Shown: positions 28,460 through 38,517, numbered from the stretch's first letter. The stretch: DNA of 64,000 bases from Candidatus Omnitrophota bacterium (GCA_963662715.1 OY759724.1:2650662-2714661); one strand, 5' to 3'. The notes: generated by a model not told the origin, from the letters alone. A program made the numbers and translations.

Positions 28460-30427
28460 TCAGAAAAGATAAGCGCCCCAGAAGGAAAGGATAAGGACAA
28501 ACAGAATCGCGAGTCCCCATTTGCATGTTGTGAAAAGAAAAGCAAAGAATATGACCGGATGCAGAATGCTTATGGAGGCGTGAGTGAAATGTTTGGTCTG
28601 AAATACGGGCCAGTAGCAGGAGAAGTTCCGCCAGTTCAGGCTGAGCATCCGCTCTTGTTGCAGCATATCTTTATACAATTGGGTTCCTGGCAGAGGCGTC
28701 AGAAGAGAGACAGCGGTCCAGTCCGGAAAAATACGGAAACAACACAGCCAATATTTGAAGATGTTTTTTATCCTGTCTGAATCAAAGCCGATGATGAAAT
28801 GTCCTTCAATATGTATTCCCGCCTTTTTAATCCTTTTCGTATATTCAATAAACTTGTCTGCCAGGGCGAACTTCCCTCCTTGAGACTTTTCCAGGGAAGC
28901 GCTGGTGATTTCATACCCGATCAGCAGCCCCTGACAGCCGCTTTCTTTAGCCAATTTCAGCAGGGGTTCGTTGCCTCCGATATCGATACTACAGTTGGCA
29001 ATCCATTTCATTTTTAACGGTTTCAGGGCCGTGAACAATTGTTTGGCATAGGCCGGGTCAGAATAAATGTTGTTGTCAATAAAGCTGACGGTCGTGTATT
29101 TGGTCCTTACTCTTTCAAGTATTCTGACGACCTGTTCCACCGTCCTGTGCCCGAACCGGCCTTGGCACAGAGCGGAAATGCAGCAAAAGGAACAGTGGAA
29201 CTTACAGCCATAACTCGCTTCCAGATAATAACGGATAATATCCGGGGAGGCGTTCAGAAGTTCATTGTAAATCCTGTCGCGGACAGCTTGCGAGGCCGCG
29301 CCGCCCTGATACATTTTTTTGAGGGAATTGTTTTCATGATCCCGAACAACCTCTTCCCAGACACTTTCAACCTCTCCGACCACCACGGCATCGCAGAATT
29401 CCAAAGCTTCATGGGGGACAAAAGACACATGAGGCCCGCCCATGATGACAGTAGAGCCTTTTTGGCGAAAGCCTTTGGCGATACGGTAGGCTTCAAAGCA
29501 GTTGCTGGTAAAGCAGGTGATCGCCACCAATTTCCCGGGGCGGAAGTAAGACGACTGCCAGAAAACTCTTGAAAAGCTGCGGACGGAATAATTCTTAGGC
29601 GTTAAGGCCGAAAGCACGACGAACACCGGCGGATAAAATCGCAGAAAGATAGAGGTTAAGACTTCGATGACAGAGCCTCCTCCCAGGGGATTGATAAGAA
29701 AAAGCTCTTTCTCCGGAGGAGGATTCCGGCTGAAGTAGTCCGTTTTTGAAAAAAACAAAAGGCAGAGATAAACGAATAGAAAAAGGTGCGTATATTTTAC
29801 GATAAATATGAGGCTTAAAGTCAGAAGGGCATGTATTTGCGGTTCTTGTTTTAACAACACGGCACAAGAGATGTTGATAAGGATAATCAGCAGAATCTGG
29901 ACGACTGTCTTCAGAGGTAGCGGAAGGCTTAAAAGCTTGCCGGGAGATGTTTTAAGGAAATATCTCGCAATAATGAGCAGGGTTAAAAATATGAGGCAAA
30001 CGGGCTCCAAAAAAACAGTCCAGTAGGCGTAATCCATGCGCGGGAGGAAGACAAAGGAACAAAACTGTATGCCTAGAAGGAAAATTTGAAAAAAGGTGAA
30101 AAGAAGCCAGGTGCGCTTGATTTGTTCTATGATCAAAGGTCTGGATACGAGATATTCTTTCCCGGAGCACAGCACGGCAAAACAGCCGTATATCCCTGAG
30201 TAAATGATGATTTTTAAAGGCAGTAAGCTCAGGAATATGAAAGGGAAGAGAGACTTGAAAATGCCGGCAGGCAGGAGGATGCTGATGGACGGGATCTCCA
30301 GTAAAAGAATAAGGAAGACGGCGGACATCAGGGAATGAAGAATATTCCAAGTGTCTTTTAACGGATGTTCAGCTGAATTCATGATCAAAAGAATCCGAAG
30401 GCGGCAGATATCTGTCCCCGGGTTCAT
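28460..30427 (-). CDS. Membrane-embedded B12-binding radical SAM enzyme (polytopic N-terminal domain + class B radical SAM)
   Basis: About 300 aa of multiple TM helices are followed by a B12-binding-like segment ('LVAITCFTSNCFEAYRIAKGFRQKGSTVIMGGPHVS'). The radical SAM motif 'CKFHCSFCC' and a 'FIDNN' / GG region follow. Confidence 0.75.
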   Translation of the reverse strand: MNPGTDICRLRILLIMNSAEHPLKDTWNILHSLMSAVFLILLLEIPSISILLPAGIFKSLFPFIFLSLLPLKIIIYSGIYGCFAVLCSGKEYLVSRPLIIEQIKRTWLLFTFFQIFLLGIQFCSFVFLPRMDYAYWTVFLEPVCLIFLTLLIIARYFLKTSPGKLLSLPLPLKTVVQILLIILINISCAVLLKQEPQIHALLTLSLIFIVKYTHLFLFVYLCLLFFSKTDYFSRNPPPEKELFLINPLGGGSVIEVLTSIFLRFYPPVFVVLSALTPKNYSVRSFSRVFWQSSYFRPGKLVAITCFTSNCFEAYRIAKGFRQKGSTVIMGGPHVSFVPHEALEFCDAVVVGEVESVWEEVVRDHENNSLKKMYQGGAASQAVRDRIYNELLNASPDIIRYYLEASYGCKFHCSFCCISALCQGRFGHRTVEQVVRILERVRTKYTTVSFIDNNIYSDPAYAKQLFTALKPLKMKWIANCSIDIGGNEPLLKLAKESGCQGLLIGYEITSASLEKSQGGKFALADKFIEYTKRIKKAGIHIEGHFIIGFDSDRIKNIFKYWLCCFRIFPDWTAVSLLTPLPGTQLYKDMLQQERMLSLNWRNFSCYWPVFQTKHFTHASISILHPVIFFAFLFTTCKWGLAILFVLILSFWGAYLF

Positions 30428-30570
30428 CTTTGAAAAAATATTTTCTGATTTGTTAAATTATGATATTATTAGTTTTCTAAAAATCAGCCCCAGATACGTG
30501 ATTTGGCCATAAAAGGCATAATAACCTGGAAAGTTAATCTATAATACCACAGACGGAGGAAAAAAGGACA

Positions 30571-31458
30571 ATGAAGAATTTGATTTCTTTCAATACGAAT
30601 GAATGGTTTTTTGAGACGGCCTTCCCTGGAATACGGAGATGTAAAAGAGATGGTTTCTGGATTGAAAAGGAAATATTCAAGGGAAAGACGAAATATCAGG
30701 ATATTTATATTTTTAAAAGTCTTGGTTTCGGCCGGGTTTTGACTTTGGATGGTATTGTCCAATTATCGGAAAGCGACGAGTTTATTTACCATGAAATGAT
30801 TGTGCACGTGCCCTTAATGGCGCATCGTAATGCCCGGAAGGTCCTGATAGTCGGGGGGGGCGACGGGGGGACGTTAAGGGAGGCGGCCAAACATCCTTTG
30901 CAGGAAATCGTTATGGTCGATTTAGATGAAGGCGTGATTGACATTTCCAAGAAATACCTGCCTTTCGTTTCCCAGGGCAGTTTTTCCGACAAACGCCTGC
31001 AATTGCATATTGAGGATGGCTTGAAGTTTATTAAGAAATACTCTGATTACTTTGATATTATTATTGTCGATTGCACTGATCCCGTTGGCCCGGGAAAAGT
31101 CCTGTTTGAGATGGACTTTTACCGGAAGGTTTTTTCGGCTTTGAATAAAGACGGGATAGCCATGTTTCAGCTGGGGCCATTTCTGGATTTTGATCTTATC
31201 ATTCAGCCGAGCGCTAAAAAACTCCGAAAGCTTTTTTCATCGGTACATCCGGTGAGACTTCCCATGCCATCGTATAGTTGCGGTTCGGAATATTGTTTTA
31301 TGGCGGCTTCCAAAACTACGGACTTAGCTAAAACCAGCAGGTCAGTTATTGAAAAAAGAGTAAAACAAAGACTTGGTGGACACGCTAAAAAACTTAAGTA
31401 TTACTCACCGGAAATTCATTTTACCAGTATGGTTATGCCCCGGTTATGGCAGCTATGA
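30571..31458 (+). CDS. speE: Spermidine synthase (polyamine aminopropyltransferase)
   Basis: The motifs 'VLIVGGGDGGTLREAAKH', 'VMVDLDEGVIDISKKYLP' and 'IIIVDCTDPVGPGKVLF' are the canonical SpeE signature. Confidence 0.85.
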   Translation: MKNLISFNTNEWFFETAFPGIRRCKRDGFWIEKEIFKGKTKYQDIYIFKSLGFGRVLTLDGIVQLSESDEFIYHEMIVHVPLMAHRNARKVLIVGGGDGGTLREAAKHPLQEIVMVDLDEGVIDISKKYLPFVSQGSFSDKRLQLHIEDGLKFIKKYSDYFDIIIVDCTDPVGPGKVLFEMDFYRKVFSALNKDGIAMFQLGPFLDFDLIIQPSAKKLRKLFSSVHPVRLPMPSYSCGSEYCFMAASKTTDLAKTSRSVIEKRVKQRLGGHAKKLKYYSPEIHFTSMVMPRLWQL

Positions 31459-32477
31459 ACAGGAAAGTAACGCCAAACATTGCCATATTAGGGGATGGCC
31501 GCATCGGTCAGGCCGTGGCTTATTACTTCAAGAAATGCCGGGGTATCGGCCGGGTCGAGTTTGTCACGGCAGAACAGCAGCTGAAGCAGAGTCATCTGCT
31601 TGTCGGGGCTCTGCCGGGAGAACTTGGCGAAAAGGGCCTGAAACTGGCGCTGAAATACCGGCTGCCCCTTATAGACATTTCTGATCTGGACCCGGAATTT
31701 TACCTGGATCAGGAGGCGGCGATTTTTGAAAGACAAATTCTCGTTGTCCCTGGCTGCGGTTTTTGTCCGGGACTGATGAATTTTCTCCTTGGCCGCGAAA
31801 TAAACAATTTGAAAGATCCTGTTGAGGACATTGAGGTAAAAGCAGGATCTCTGTCTCCGCAGGATCATTATTTCCCTTTTCTTTGGTGTTTTGAAGATTT
31901 GATCAACGAACACCGGATCCCCTCCTGGCAAATTATCAGCGGAAGAAAGAAAAAGTTTGCCCCGTTTGCCGGGTATCAACACGAGAAATTTTTTGATATC
32001 AACGCGGAGAGTTATTTTTCCGCCAGCGGTTTTGAGAATGTTCTTGATAAAGTCAAAATTAAAAATCTCAAATGCCGCGTTGTCAGGCCGAGGGGGTTTA
32101 TGGCTTTTTTCCTTTTCCTGGAACACGCGGGATATCTGAACAAAGAAAATTTTATGCTATCTAAAAAAATCCTGGAATCGAAAAAGGAAGCCAACTATAC
32201 GTTAGCAGAAATGACTTTACTCACCCGAAAGGAGAAAATTGTTTGGGGACTTAAAACTTATGCGAAGAAGAACGCAGGACTTAATTCCATGCAGAAAATA
32301 ACGGCCTCGGTTGCCGCTGTGCTGGGACAGACTATTTTGCGGGATAAGATAAAAAGGAGGGGTTTGCTGTTTTTAGAAGATTTGAGCGGTGATGCACACA
32401 TTTTTTCTTTACTTTTAGCTGAACTCAAAAAGAAGGGTGTCGATATTTCGAGAAAAAAGGAGAAGCGGAAGTTATGA
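31446..32477 (+). CDS. Saccharopine dehydrogenase-family NAD(P)-binding oxidoreductase (possibly polyamine-related, e.g. carboxyspermidine/homospermidine-type)
   Basis: An N-terminal Rossmann motif 'IAILGDGRIGQAVAYYF' and overall saccharopine-DH-like organisation are present. It overlaps the speE stop. Confidence 0.55.
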   Translation: MAAMNRKVTPNIAILGDGRIGQAVAYYFKKCRGIGRVEFVTAEQQLKQSHLLVGALPGELGEKGLKLALKYRLPLIDISDLDPEFYLDQEAAIFERQILVVPGCGFCPGLMNFLLGREINNLKDPVEDIEVKAGSLSPQDHYFPFLWCFEDLINEHRIPSWQIISGRKKKFAPFAGYQHEKFFDINAESYFSASGFENVLDKVKIKNLKCRVVRPRGFMAFFLFLEHAGYLNKENFMLSKKILESKKEANYTLAEMTLLTRKEKIVWGLKTYAKKNAGLNSMQKITASVAAVLGQTILRDKIKRRGLLFLEDLSGDAHIFSLLLAELKKKGVDISRKKEKRKL

Positions 32478-33010
32478 AGCCTCACTCTTATATAACAAAC
32501 AAAGTGGAAGTCCGGGAATCAGGGAAGGACCGTAAGGGCGTATTTGCTCTTCAGGAAATTGCGAAAGACGAAATTATTTCCATCTGGAGCGGGTATATCG
32601 TTTCCGGTGATGAATTGGTGTCCTTGTCCGAGACAACTTTCAAGAATGTTTATGATTATGCCATAGATATTGCAGACAACTTTTTTTTGGTGTCCAGCCG
32701 GGACGGCACGTTGGAGGACGATGATTTCTTTAATCACAGCTGTGAGCCCAATGCCGGGATAAAAGGCCAGTCGGTTTTGGTGGCGATGCGCAGCATTGCC
32801 CCGGGGGAAGAAATCACCTATGATTACGCGATGACGGACGCCCAGTCAGACCTGTCTTTTGAATGCCATTGCGGCAGTCCGCAGTGCCGCGGATATGTTT
32901 CGTCGTCCGATTGGAAAAGACGGGAACTGCAGCAGAAGTACAGAGATTATTTTTCAAGTTATATTCAAGGGAAGATTGATCAATCTCGGGACGTGCATTG
33001 CAAATTTTGA
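32474..33010 (+). CDS. Bacterial SET-domain protein (putative protein-lysine methyltransferase) with post-SET Cys cluster
   Basis: The 'NHSCEPNA' SET motif, the 'EEITYDY' Tyr motif and the post-SET 'CHCGSPQCRG' are all present. The start overlaps the upstream stop (ATGA). Confidence 0.8.
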   Translation: MKPHSYITNKVEVRESGKDRKGVFALQEIAKDEIISIWSGYIVSGDELVSLSETTFKNVYDYAIDIADNFFLVSSRDGTLEDDDFFNHSCEPNAGIKGQSVLVAMRSIAPGEEITYDYAMTDAQSDLSFECHCGSPQCRGYVSSSDWKRRELQQKYRDYFSSYIQGKIDQSRDVHCKF

Positions 33011-33026
33011 ACCTACGGTTTTTTTT

Positions 33027-33608
33027 ATGGAATTTTATGAATACAGAATCAGGTTAGACGAAGCTTTGACCTATAATAATTTGCGACAGGCCAAGGTTAT
33101 TGCTACGCTGGCTTACCTTAAAGCGCGAAGGGTGGAGTGTTTATCGGAAAGGCTTTATTTTAAGGCGCAGTTGGCGATCATTGATGAGGATTATATTGAA
33201 GCTATCGAACTGTTGGAAAAGACGATCCAACATAACCCTCATGATGGCGCAGCCTTTAATGATCTGGCCCTTTGCCTGGTCGAACTGGGTCTGCTTAAGG
33301 AATCCTTGTTTTATTTTGACCGGGGTATCAAAGCTGAGCCGGATTATGCCAATATTTATCACAATAAAGGCTGGTTGCTCGCTCATTTAGGGCATTATAC
33401 GGAAGCCATGGCTCTTTATCATAAGGCTTTGTTTTTAGAGCCGCACAGGGCTGTGACCTATGAGAACCTGGGGCATATTTTGGAAGGTTTAGGCCGAAAA
33501 GAGGAGGCTGTTTCTGCCTACAGGAAGGCGGTTGGGTTGCTTAAGTCCGAACATGGGACCATACGGCGTCAAATTCAAGACCGTATTCAGGAAATCCTTT
33601 GTAACTGA
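33027..33608 (+). CDS. TPR-repeat protein
   Basis: Multiple 34-aa TPR-like repeats are present ('AFNDLALCLVELGLLKESLFYFDRGIKAEPDYANIYHNKGWLLAHLGHYTEAMALYHKALFLEP...'). The start was moved to the ATG at 33027 just after the SET gene stop. Confidence 0.7.
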   Translation: MEFYEYRIRLDEALTYNNLRQAKVIATLAYLKARRVECLSERLYFKAQLAIIDEDYIEAIELLEKTIQHNPHDGAAFNDLALCLVELGLLKESLFYFDRGIKAEPDYANIYHNKGWLLAHLGHYTEAMALYHKALFLEPHRAVTYENLGHILEGLGRKEEAVSAYRKAVGLLKSEHGTIRRQIQDRIQEILCN

Positions 33609-33754
33609 TAGTTTTTCATGAGGATACGAAAGAACTAAATGATGATTAGACAAGAGGGAAAAATAAGATTATAATATTTTGTAATCTAAAATATGCGAAA
33701 ATGACTTAAATTTACTGAAAATGGCTTTAATTGTGCTTAATAAAGGAGATTGCT

Positions 33755-34063
33755 ATGCAGGAATATCAAGACACGAATTTTGCCGATGAATTTCTGCCAT
33801 ATCTTTTGGTTTTGTTGGTGGTTTCGTTGCTGTTATATCTGTTTTTATATTTTCTGAATATAAACGCGTCCCAATACAAAAGAGCCTCCGCGGAAAAACC
33901 TAGGATTGATTTCCTGGGCCGGCCCATTGCCGACAAGGCCTCGAAAAGAGCAGAAATTGTCCTTGAAAAACAGAAACTGCTTCTGGAAAGACGCAAAGAC
34001 CGGTTAAAGAACCAGCAAAGTCTTTCTGATCTGAGAAAGTCGTTTCGTAGAAATGATATTTAG
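33755..34063 (+). CDS. Small single-pass membrane protein, hypothetical
   Basis: An RBS AAAGGAG precedes the ATG at 33755. One TM helix is followed by a charged tail. Confidence 0.4.
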   Translation: MQEYQDTNFADEFLPYLLVLLVVSLLLYLFLYFLNINASQYKRASAEKPRIDFLGRPIADKASKRAEIVLEKQKLLLERRKDRLKNQQSLSDLRKSFRRNDI

Positions 34064-34305
34064 GGCTTGGATAATCTCTGGGGCTTATTTTTAATATTTC
34101 TGCAGTAGAATTGTTATCCTGCTTGTGACAAATCTTTAAATTTTATTAAAAATGCATAAGAATATCCCGTGTCCGCGGCTTTTTTGTTAGCCGCATGGGT
34201 TTGTAGATGAATTTTATGGCAGAAACAAATCGGAGTGGGATAGATCCGCTTTGAAAATTTGTTGGCTGAGAAAAACATATTACCGACTTACTTCCGGAGG
34301 GACAC

Positions 34306-35121
34306 TTGAAAACCGTTATTTCTGCTTCCCGCAGAACGGATATCCCGGCCTTTTATCTGCCCTGGTTTATTGATTGTCTGAAACAGGGATATGCTGATAT
34401 CATAATTCCCCGGGGCCTGCCCAAAAGGGTCGACCTGCAGCCGGATGCGGTTCATTCGATTGTTCTCTGGTCAAAGAATTTCCGGCCCTTTTTAAAACGC
34501 CGGAGTGAATTCAAGAAATACCGTCTTTATTTTCAGTTTACGGTTAATGATTGTGCGGTGTTGGAGCCGCGCGTTCCCGGTCTTCCGGAGCGCCTTGAAC
34601 AAGTCAGGGAACTCGCGGATATTTTCGGGCCGGAATATATTCACTGGCGTTTTGACCCGATTATCTTTTGGGATGAAGGGCGGGCCAGTAATATGGGCCA
34701 CTTTTGCGATATCGCGCAAAAGATGTTTTCCTCCGGCATTCGCAGGTGTACATTCTCCTTCTGCACCCATTACCGGAAGACCGTTAACCAGACACGGCGG
34801 AAAGGGCTGATATTGTTTGATCCGCCTTTGGAAGAAAAGAGGCGCATCGCGGAGGAATTAGGGCGCATAACCCAATCCCTGGGTATAACCCTGTATGCAT
34901 GCAGCCAGCCGGGATTGTCAGGAATAAAACATGTCTCCGTCGCGAAATGTATCGATGGGAATTTATTGGAACAATTGTTCGGAGAAAGGGCTTCCAGGGC
35001 AAGGGACAGGTCGCAGAGGGAGGAATGTCATTGCACTAAAAGCGTGGATGTCGGAAGTTACAACTTGAAATGTCTGCACGGCTGCAGCTATTGTTATGCG
35101 AATCCCGGAATTCTTGCATAG
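34306..35121 (+). CDS. DUF1848-like protein with C-terminal Cys cluster
   Basis: The N-terminal 'ISASRRTDIPAFYLPWF' matches the DUF1848 consensus as I recall it. The C-terminus is 'CHCTKS...CLHGCSYC'. The start codon is TTG. Confidence 0.45.
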   Translation: MKTVISASRRTDIPAFYLPWFIDCLKQGYADIIIPRGLPKRVDLQPDAVHSIVLWSKNFRPFLKRRSEFKKYRLYFQFTVNDCAVLEPRVPGLPERLEQVRELADIFGPEYIHWRFDPIIFWDEGRASNMGHFCDIAQKMFSSGIRRCTFSFCTHYRKTVNQTRRKGLILFDPPLEEKRRIAEELGRITQSLGITLYACSQPGLSGIKHVSVAKCIDGNLLEQLFGERASRARDRSQREECHCTKSVDVGSYNLKCLHGCSYCYANPGILA

Positions 35122-35243
35122 AATGTCTTAAAAGGAAAAAGAGGAATTTTACTATCACTTTATGAAAAAGTATGGTAAAAACATGTGAGTTGGAATGATT
35201 CTTTTGGGAAAGCCCCCTGATTTTATTGTAGAGAGGGGAGAGG

Positions 35244-35996
35244 TTGATTATGACTCGGCAATTAAATATATTAATCGTGGACGATGAAGAAGCGATCCGC
35301 ACGTTACTTGTCCGTTTTTTGTCGAAGATGCATAAGACGTTCGGGGCCGCAACCGGTGAAGAAGCCGTGGAACTTGCTCAGCAACGTCGTTTTGATGTGG
35401 CTTTTGTTGATATGCGAATGCCTGGCATGGATGGCTTGGACACTTTACGCGCCTTAAAAACCATTTGTCCGGATACCTGTATTGTCATTATTACCGGCTA
35501 TGCTGAAGATGAGCGTCTGACCGCTGCGTTGCGGGAGGGGGCGATTACCTGTCTTAAAAAGCCGTTCCGTATTGATGAAATAAGAAATATCATTGATCAA
35601 AACGTCCAGAGTCTGGGCGGCGCTCCCCTGAAAATCCTTGTTGTCGATGATGACGAAATTTTCCGCAAGTTGTTTATGAAACTGGATGAAGATGATAAAT
35701 ACGCGGTTACGGCTGTAGCTAAAGCCAGTGACGCTCTGGCGGCTCTTAAAGCGGAGAAATTTGACATCTGTTTTATTGACATTATTCTTCCGGGGGTCAG
35801 CGGCTTTCAGCTGTATGATGAATGCCGGGTTTTGTCTCCGGAAACCAAGGTCGTTTTGTTCACCGGTTCAGACGAGAAGTTTTCGGCTATTCAGTCAAAA
35901 AAGGAAGACGGCGTTGATTATTCACTTAAAAAGCCTTTCAATTTGGATGACGTTGTTCATATCATCGATATGATTGAGGAAAAACATCTGTCTTAA
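35244..35996 (+). CDS. Tandem receiver (REC-REC) response-regulator-like protein without output domain
   Basis: Two REC modules are present ('ILIVDDEEAIRTLL...VAFVDMRMPGMDG...LKKPF' and 'ILVVDDDEIFRKLF...ICFIDIILPGVSG...LKKPF'). Confidence 0.75.
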   Translation: MIMTRQLNILIVDDEEAIRTLLVRFLSKMHKTFGAATGEEAVELAQQRRFDVAFVDMRMPGMDGLDTLRALKTICPDTCIVIITGYAEDERLTAALREGAITCLKKPFRIDEIRNIIDQNVQSLGGAPLKILVVDDDEIFRKLFMKLDEDDKYAVTAVAKASDALAALKAEKFDICFIDIILPGVSGFQLYDECRVLSPETKVVLFTGSDEKFSAIQSKKEDGVDYSLKKPFNLDDVVHIIDMIEEKHLS

Positions 35997-36204
35997 GAGG
36001 TGCAAGCTATCTGTTGCGCCCCTCCTTCTGCTCCCGCATTCGAGTTTTAAAAAACATCTTTTTTAATGAAATGCCCGTTTCCTGGCGGGAAAATTAAATT
36101 GTTGTCCGATAATATTTTTATTGTTACAATTTCGGTAAACAGCCTGGCAGGTAGGCTGCAGGGGCTGTTCTCAGACATCCGCAAGAAAGGGCATCGTCTC
36201 AATT

Positions 36205-37494
36205 ATGAAGAAGACATTCATAGTCATTTTTAGGTTGCTGTTCTTCTTGGCTGTCCTGGCCCTGATCGGCGCGGTTTATGCGTTGTGGGCAACGACGCCG
36301 GGAGCTAAATTTGTAACAGATGTTTCTTTATCTTCGTATTTAAGCGAGGAACAGCTCCGGATTGACGATATTTCGGGCAATTTTAAAGAAAGAGTGGTGT
36401 ACTCAGATATAGAAATAAAAAATCTGCCCTATCTCCCGGAGGGAACATTATTTAAAGTGAAGGAATTAAGCCTTTCCGTAACGTCGCTGGACTGGGATGG
36501 GGTGACGATGTTGCTGGAGCAGGCCCGGATTTTTCTTCCTCTGTCTGACCCTCTGTTTGTGCAGGGGCGCATTCTTTACGGGGTTTTGGATTTCAATATT
36601 TACGCCAGTTATATCACATTAAGGGATGTTCAGAGTTTTTCCCCGCAGAACCGTTATTTGAAATCTCTGGACGGAGATTTTCAGGATATTGATATTTATG
36701 TCTCGAATAAGATATTGGAGCCTTTTATTAAAGGAGAAATCCGTATCGAAAAATTAACCAATGATACCATCCAGCTCCTTAAAAGCAAGCTGGATTTTAT
36801 CCTGGAATTAAAAGATGTCACGACGCCCAAGCCGTTATTATATGGTGTTGTGAAAGTCAATGAGGGGACGTTATCGGCCCGGAAAACAGCTGTTCTTCAG
36901 CTGGAAGACAGCAGTATACGCTTTGAGGGGGACATGGAAAATCCTTCTTTAAATGTCAGAGGACGGTCTGTTGTTGACGGAGTTAAAATCCGGGTGCATT
37001 GTTCCGGTACGCTGCAGAAGCCGGAGCTGTCGTTTTCGTCCACCCCTCCTTTACCGGAGCAGCAATTGCTGGTGATGCTCGCTACGGGGAAAGCATGGAC
37101 AGGGGCCACGGCAGATTTGACCAGCGGACAGATTACCACTGAGACGGCCAAAGATTTTCTGGATTATTTTTTGCTGGGGGGCGCAGGCGGTCGGTTAGCG
37201 GAAACGCTGGGGATAAAAGAGTTTAAAGTGATTTTTGAGAAGGAGACCAAAGGGCTTGGGGTGACAAAATCCCTATCCGATAACGTGGACGCGAGTTATA
37301 CTGTGGAACAGTCAAAAGAGTCTTTGGGGGAAGAGACATTGACGCAAAAAATAGGCGGAGAACTCCACCTGAATGAGAAGGTCTCTGTGGGCGCCGAGCG
37401 GGAGATCCTGGACGAGAGATATCCTGACCGGGAGACCGCGGGGGATGTCGAGAAACGGGATACTTTTTTCATGAAGTTTGAAACGAATTTTTAA
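36205..37494 (+). CDS. TamB/AsmA-like membrane-anchored protein (DUF490-like C-terminus), apparently short version
   Basis: An N-terminal signal-anchor is followed by a beta-rich body. The C-terminal region 'LGIKEFKVIFEKETKGLGVTKSLSDNVDASYTV' resembles the TamB C-terminal domain. Confidence 0.4.
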   Translation: MKKTFIVIFRLLFFLAVLALIGAVYALWATTPGAKFVTDVSLSSYLSEEQLRIDDISGNFKERVVYSDIEIKNLPYLPEGTLFKVKELSLSVTSLDWDGVTMLLEQARIFLPLSDPLFVQGRILYGVLDFNIYASYITLRDVQSFSPQNRYLKSLDGDFQDIDIYVSNKILEPFIKGEIRIEKLTNDTIQLLKSKLDFILELKDVTTPKPLLYGVVKVNEGTLSARKTAVLQLEDSSIRFEGDMENPSLNVRGRSVVDGVKIRVHCSGTLQKPELSFSSTPPLPEQQLLVMLATGKAWTGATADLTSGQITTETAKDFLDYFLLGGAGGRLAETLGIKEFKVIFEKETKGLGVTKSLSDNVDASYTVEQSKESLGEETLTQKIGGELHLNEKVSVGAEREILDERYPDRETAGDVEKRDTFFMKFETNF

Positions 37495-37578
37495 TGCTGT
37501 ATTCTGTCTGCGCGCTTCCCCGGGGGACTGCCCGGGTATTTCAGTCGAAATTTTTGCCAGCCATGAAAATCCGGCGCC

Positions 37579-38013
37579 TCAGCTTTTTCCCGGCATTTCC
37601 TGGATGAGTTTGTTGATGCGCAAAATCATTCCCTGCCCGAAATCATTTTTCCGTAAATGGAGTGGCTTCTTTTCTTTATTGGAAATAATATTATCCAGTT
37701 CCTGCAGGATCCTTTCATAGGAACCAAAGGTGCGGTGCACAAAGCTAAAGACGAAACGGGCAAACAGGATATAGTAAAATAAAATCAGGGCCGAAAATAT
37801 AAGAACCCGGTCCATGAAATGCTGGCTGAGATCTGTATGAATGTAGGTGTAAATAAGATCGCTGAATAAGCCCCAGAAAAGAAAAAAGATCAGGATGACA
37901 GGCAAAGCCGCAAATAAGAAAATCATTTTTAGGACCTTCCTTTCATAAGGATTTTTGTTGAGGATGTTTCTTTGTGATGTTTTCTCATTATTCATAAGTT
38001 CCTCCCTGTCCAA
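37579..38013 (-). CDS. Hypothetical membrane protein
   Basis: Two or three hydrophobic helices are present; no recognisable family. Confidence 0.35.
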   Translation of the reverse strand: MDREELMNNEKTSQRNILNKNPYERKVLKMIFLFAALPVILIFFLFWGLFSDLIYTYIHTDLSQHFMDRVLIFSALILFYYILFARFVFSFVHRTFGSYERILQELDNIISNKEKKPLHLRKNDFGQGMILRINKLIQEMPGKS

Positions 38014-38025
38014 TGAATTGCTATC

Positions 38026-38517
38026 TTAAAGAGTTCTCTCTTCAATCATTTTGCCCCCGGATAGAATCCTGTAGGTAACTCCGGAATTTTCTTCAGACAC
38101 CGGTTCGGCTGAAATTGTGTACTGGTCAGCCGAAATGTCGCAGGTGAACCGAAACCCGTGATGTGTCCCTTTGAAATAAGCGTCTATACGGTAAGGGTAT
38201 TCTTCAATCATTAATTGTTTGAGGTTGCGCGGGTAGAAGCCGTTTTCCTCCCGATACTTTTCCAGCGCGTCAGAAATTTTCCGCAGAACGGATTGCGCCA
38301 GAACATCGTGAGTGGCTGTTTGAACTTCACTGATGATCTGATACGTTAAGATTGCCAAAAGGATAACAAGAATGGAAAAAAGAATCAGTTTAACACGGTC
38401 TAAATTTGAATCGATGATGTTCATGGGGCTTCCCCGGGAAAAAGTGGCTTTCTTATATCTTAATAAAAAGAGGAAGTATTTTCTATGATAATGATATAAA
38501 AATTGTCTCAATTCCAT
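38026..38517 (-). CDS. Hypothetical single-pass membrane protein
   Basis: A TM helix 'LILFSILVILLAILTYQII' is present; no recognisable family. Confidence 0.35.
   Translation of the reverse strand: MELRQFLYHYHRKYFLFLLRYKKATFSRGSPMNIIDSNLDRVKLILFSILVILLAILTYQIISEVQTATHDVLAQSVLRKISDALEKYREENGFYPRNLKQLMIEEYPYRIDAYFKGTHHGFRFTCDISADQYTISAEPVSEENSGVTYRILSGGKMIEERTL

Noticed and set aside
28457-28780. 107-aa plus-strand ORF at the 3' end of the membrane radical SAM gene
   Set aside because: It is antisense to the C-terminal part of the 655-aa radical SAM gene and has no supporting signals.
34150-34200. Palindrome CCGCGGC-TTTTTTGTT-AGCCGC downstream of the small membrane protein gene as a terminator
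   Set aside because: The T-run lies in the loop rather than 3' of the stem, so it does not have intrinsic-terminator geometry. It is possibly a protein-binding palindrome but unsupported.
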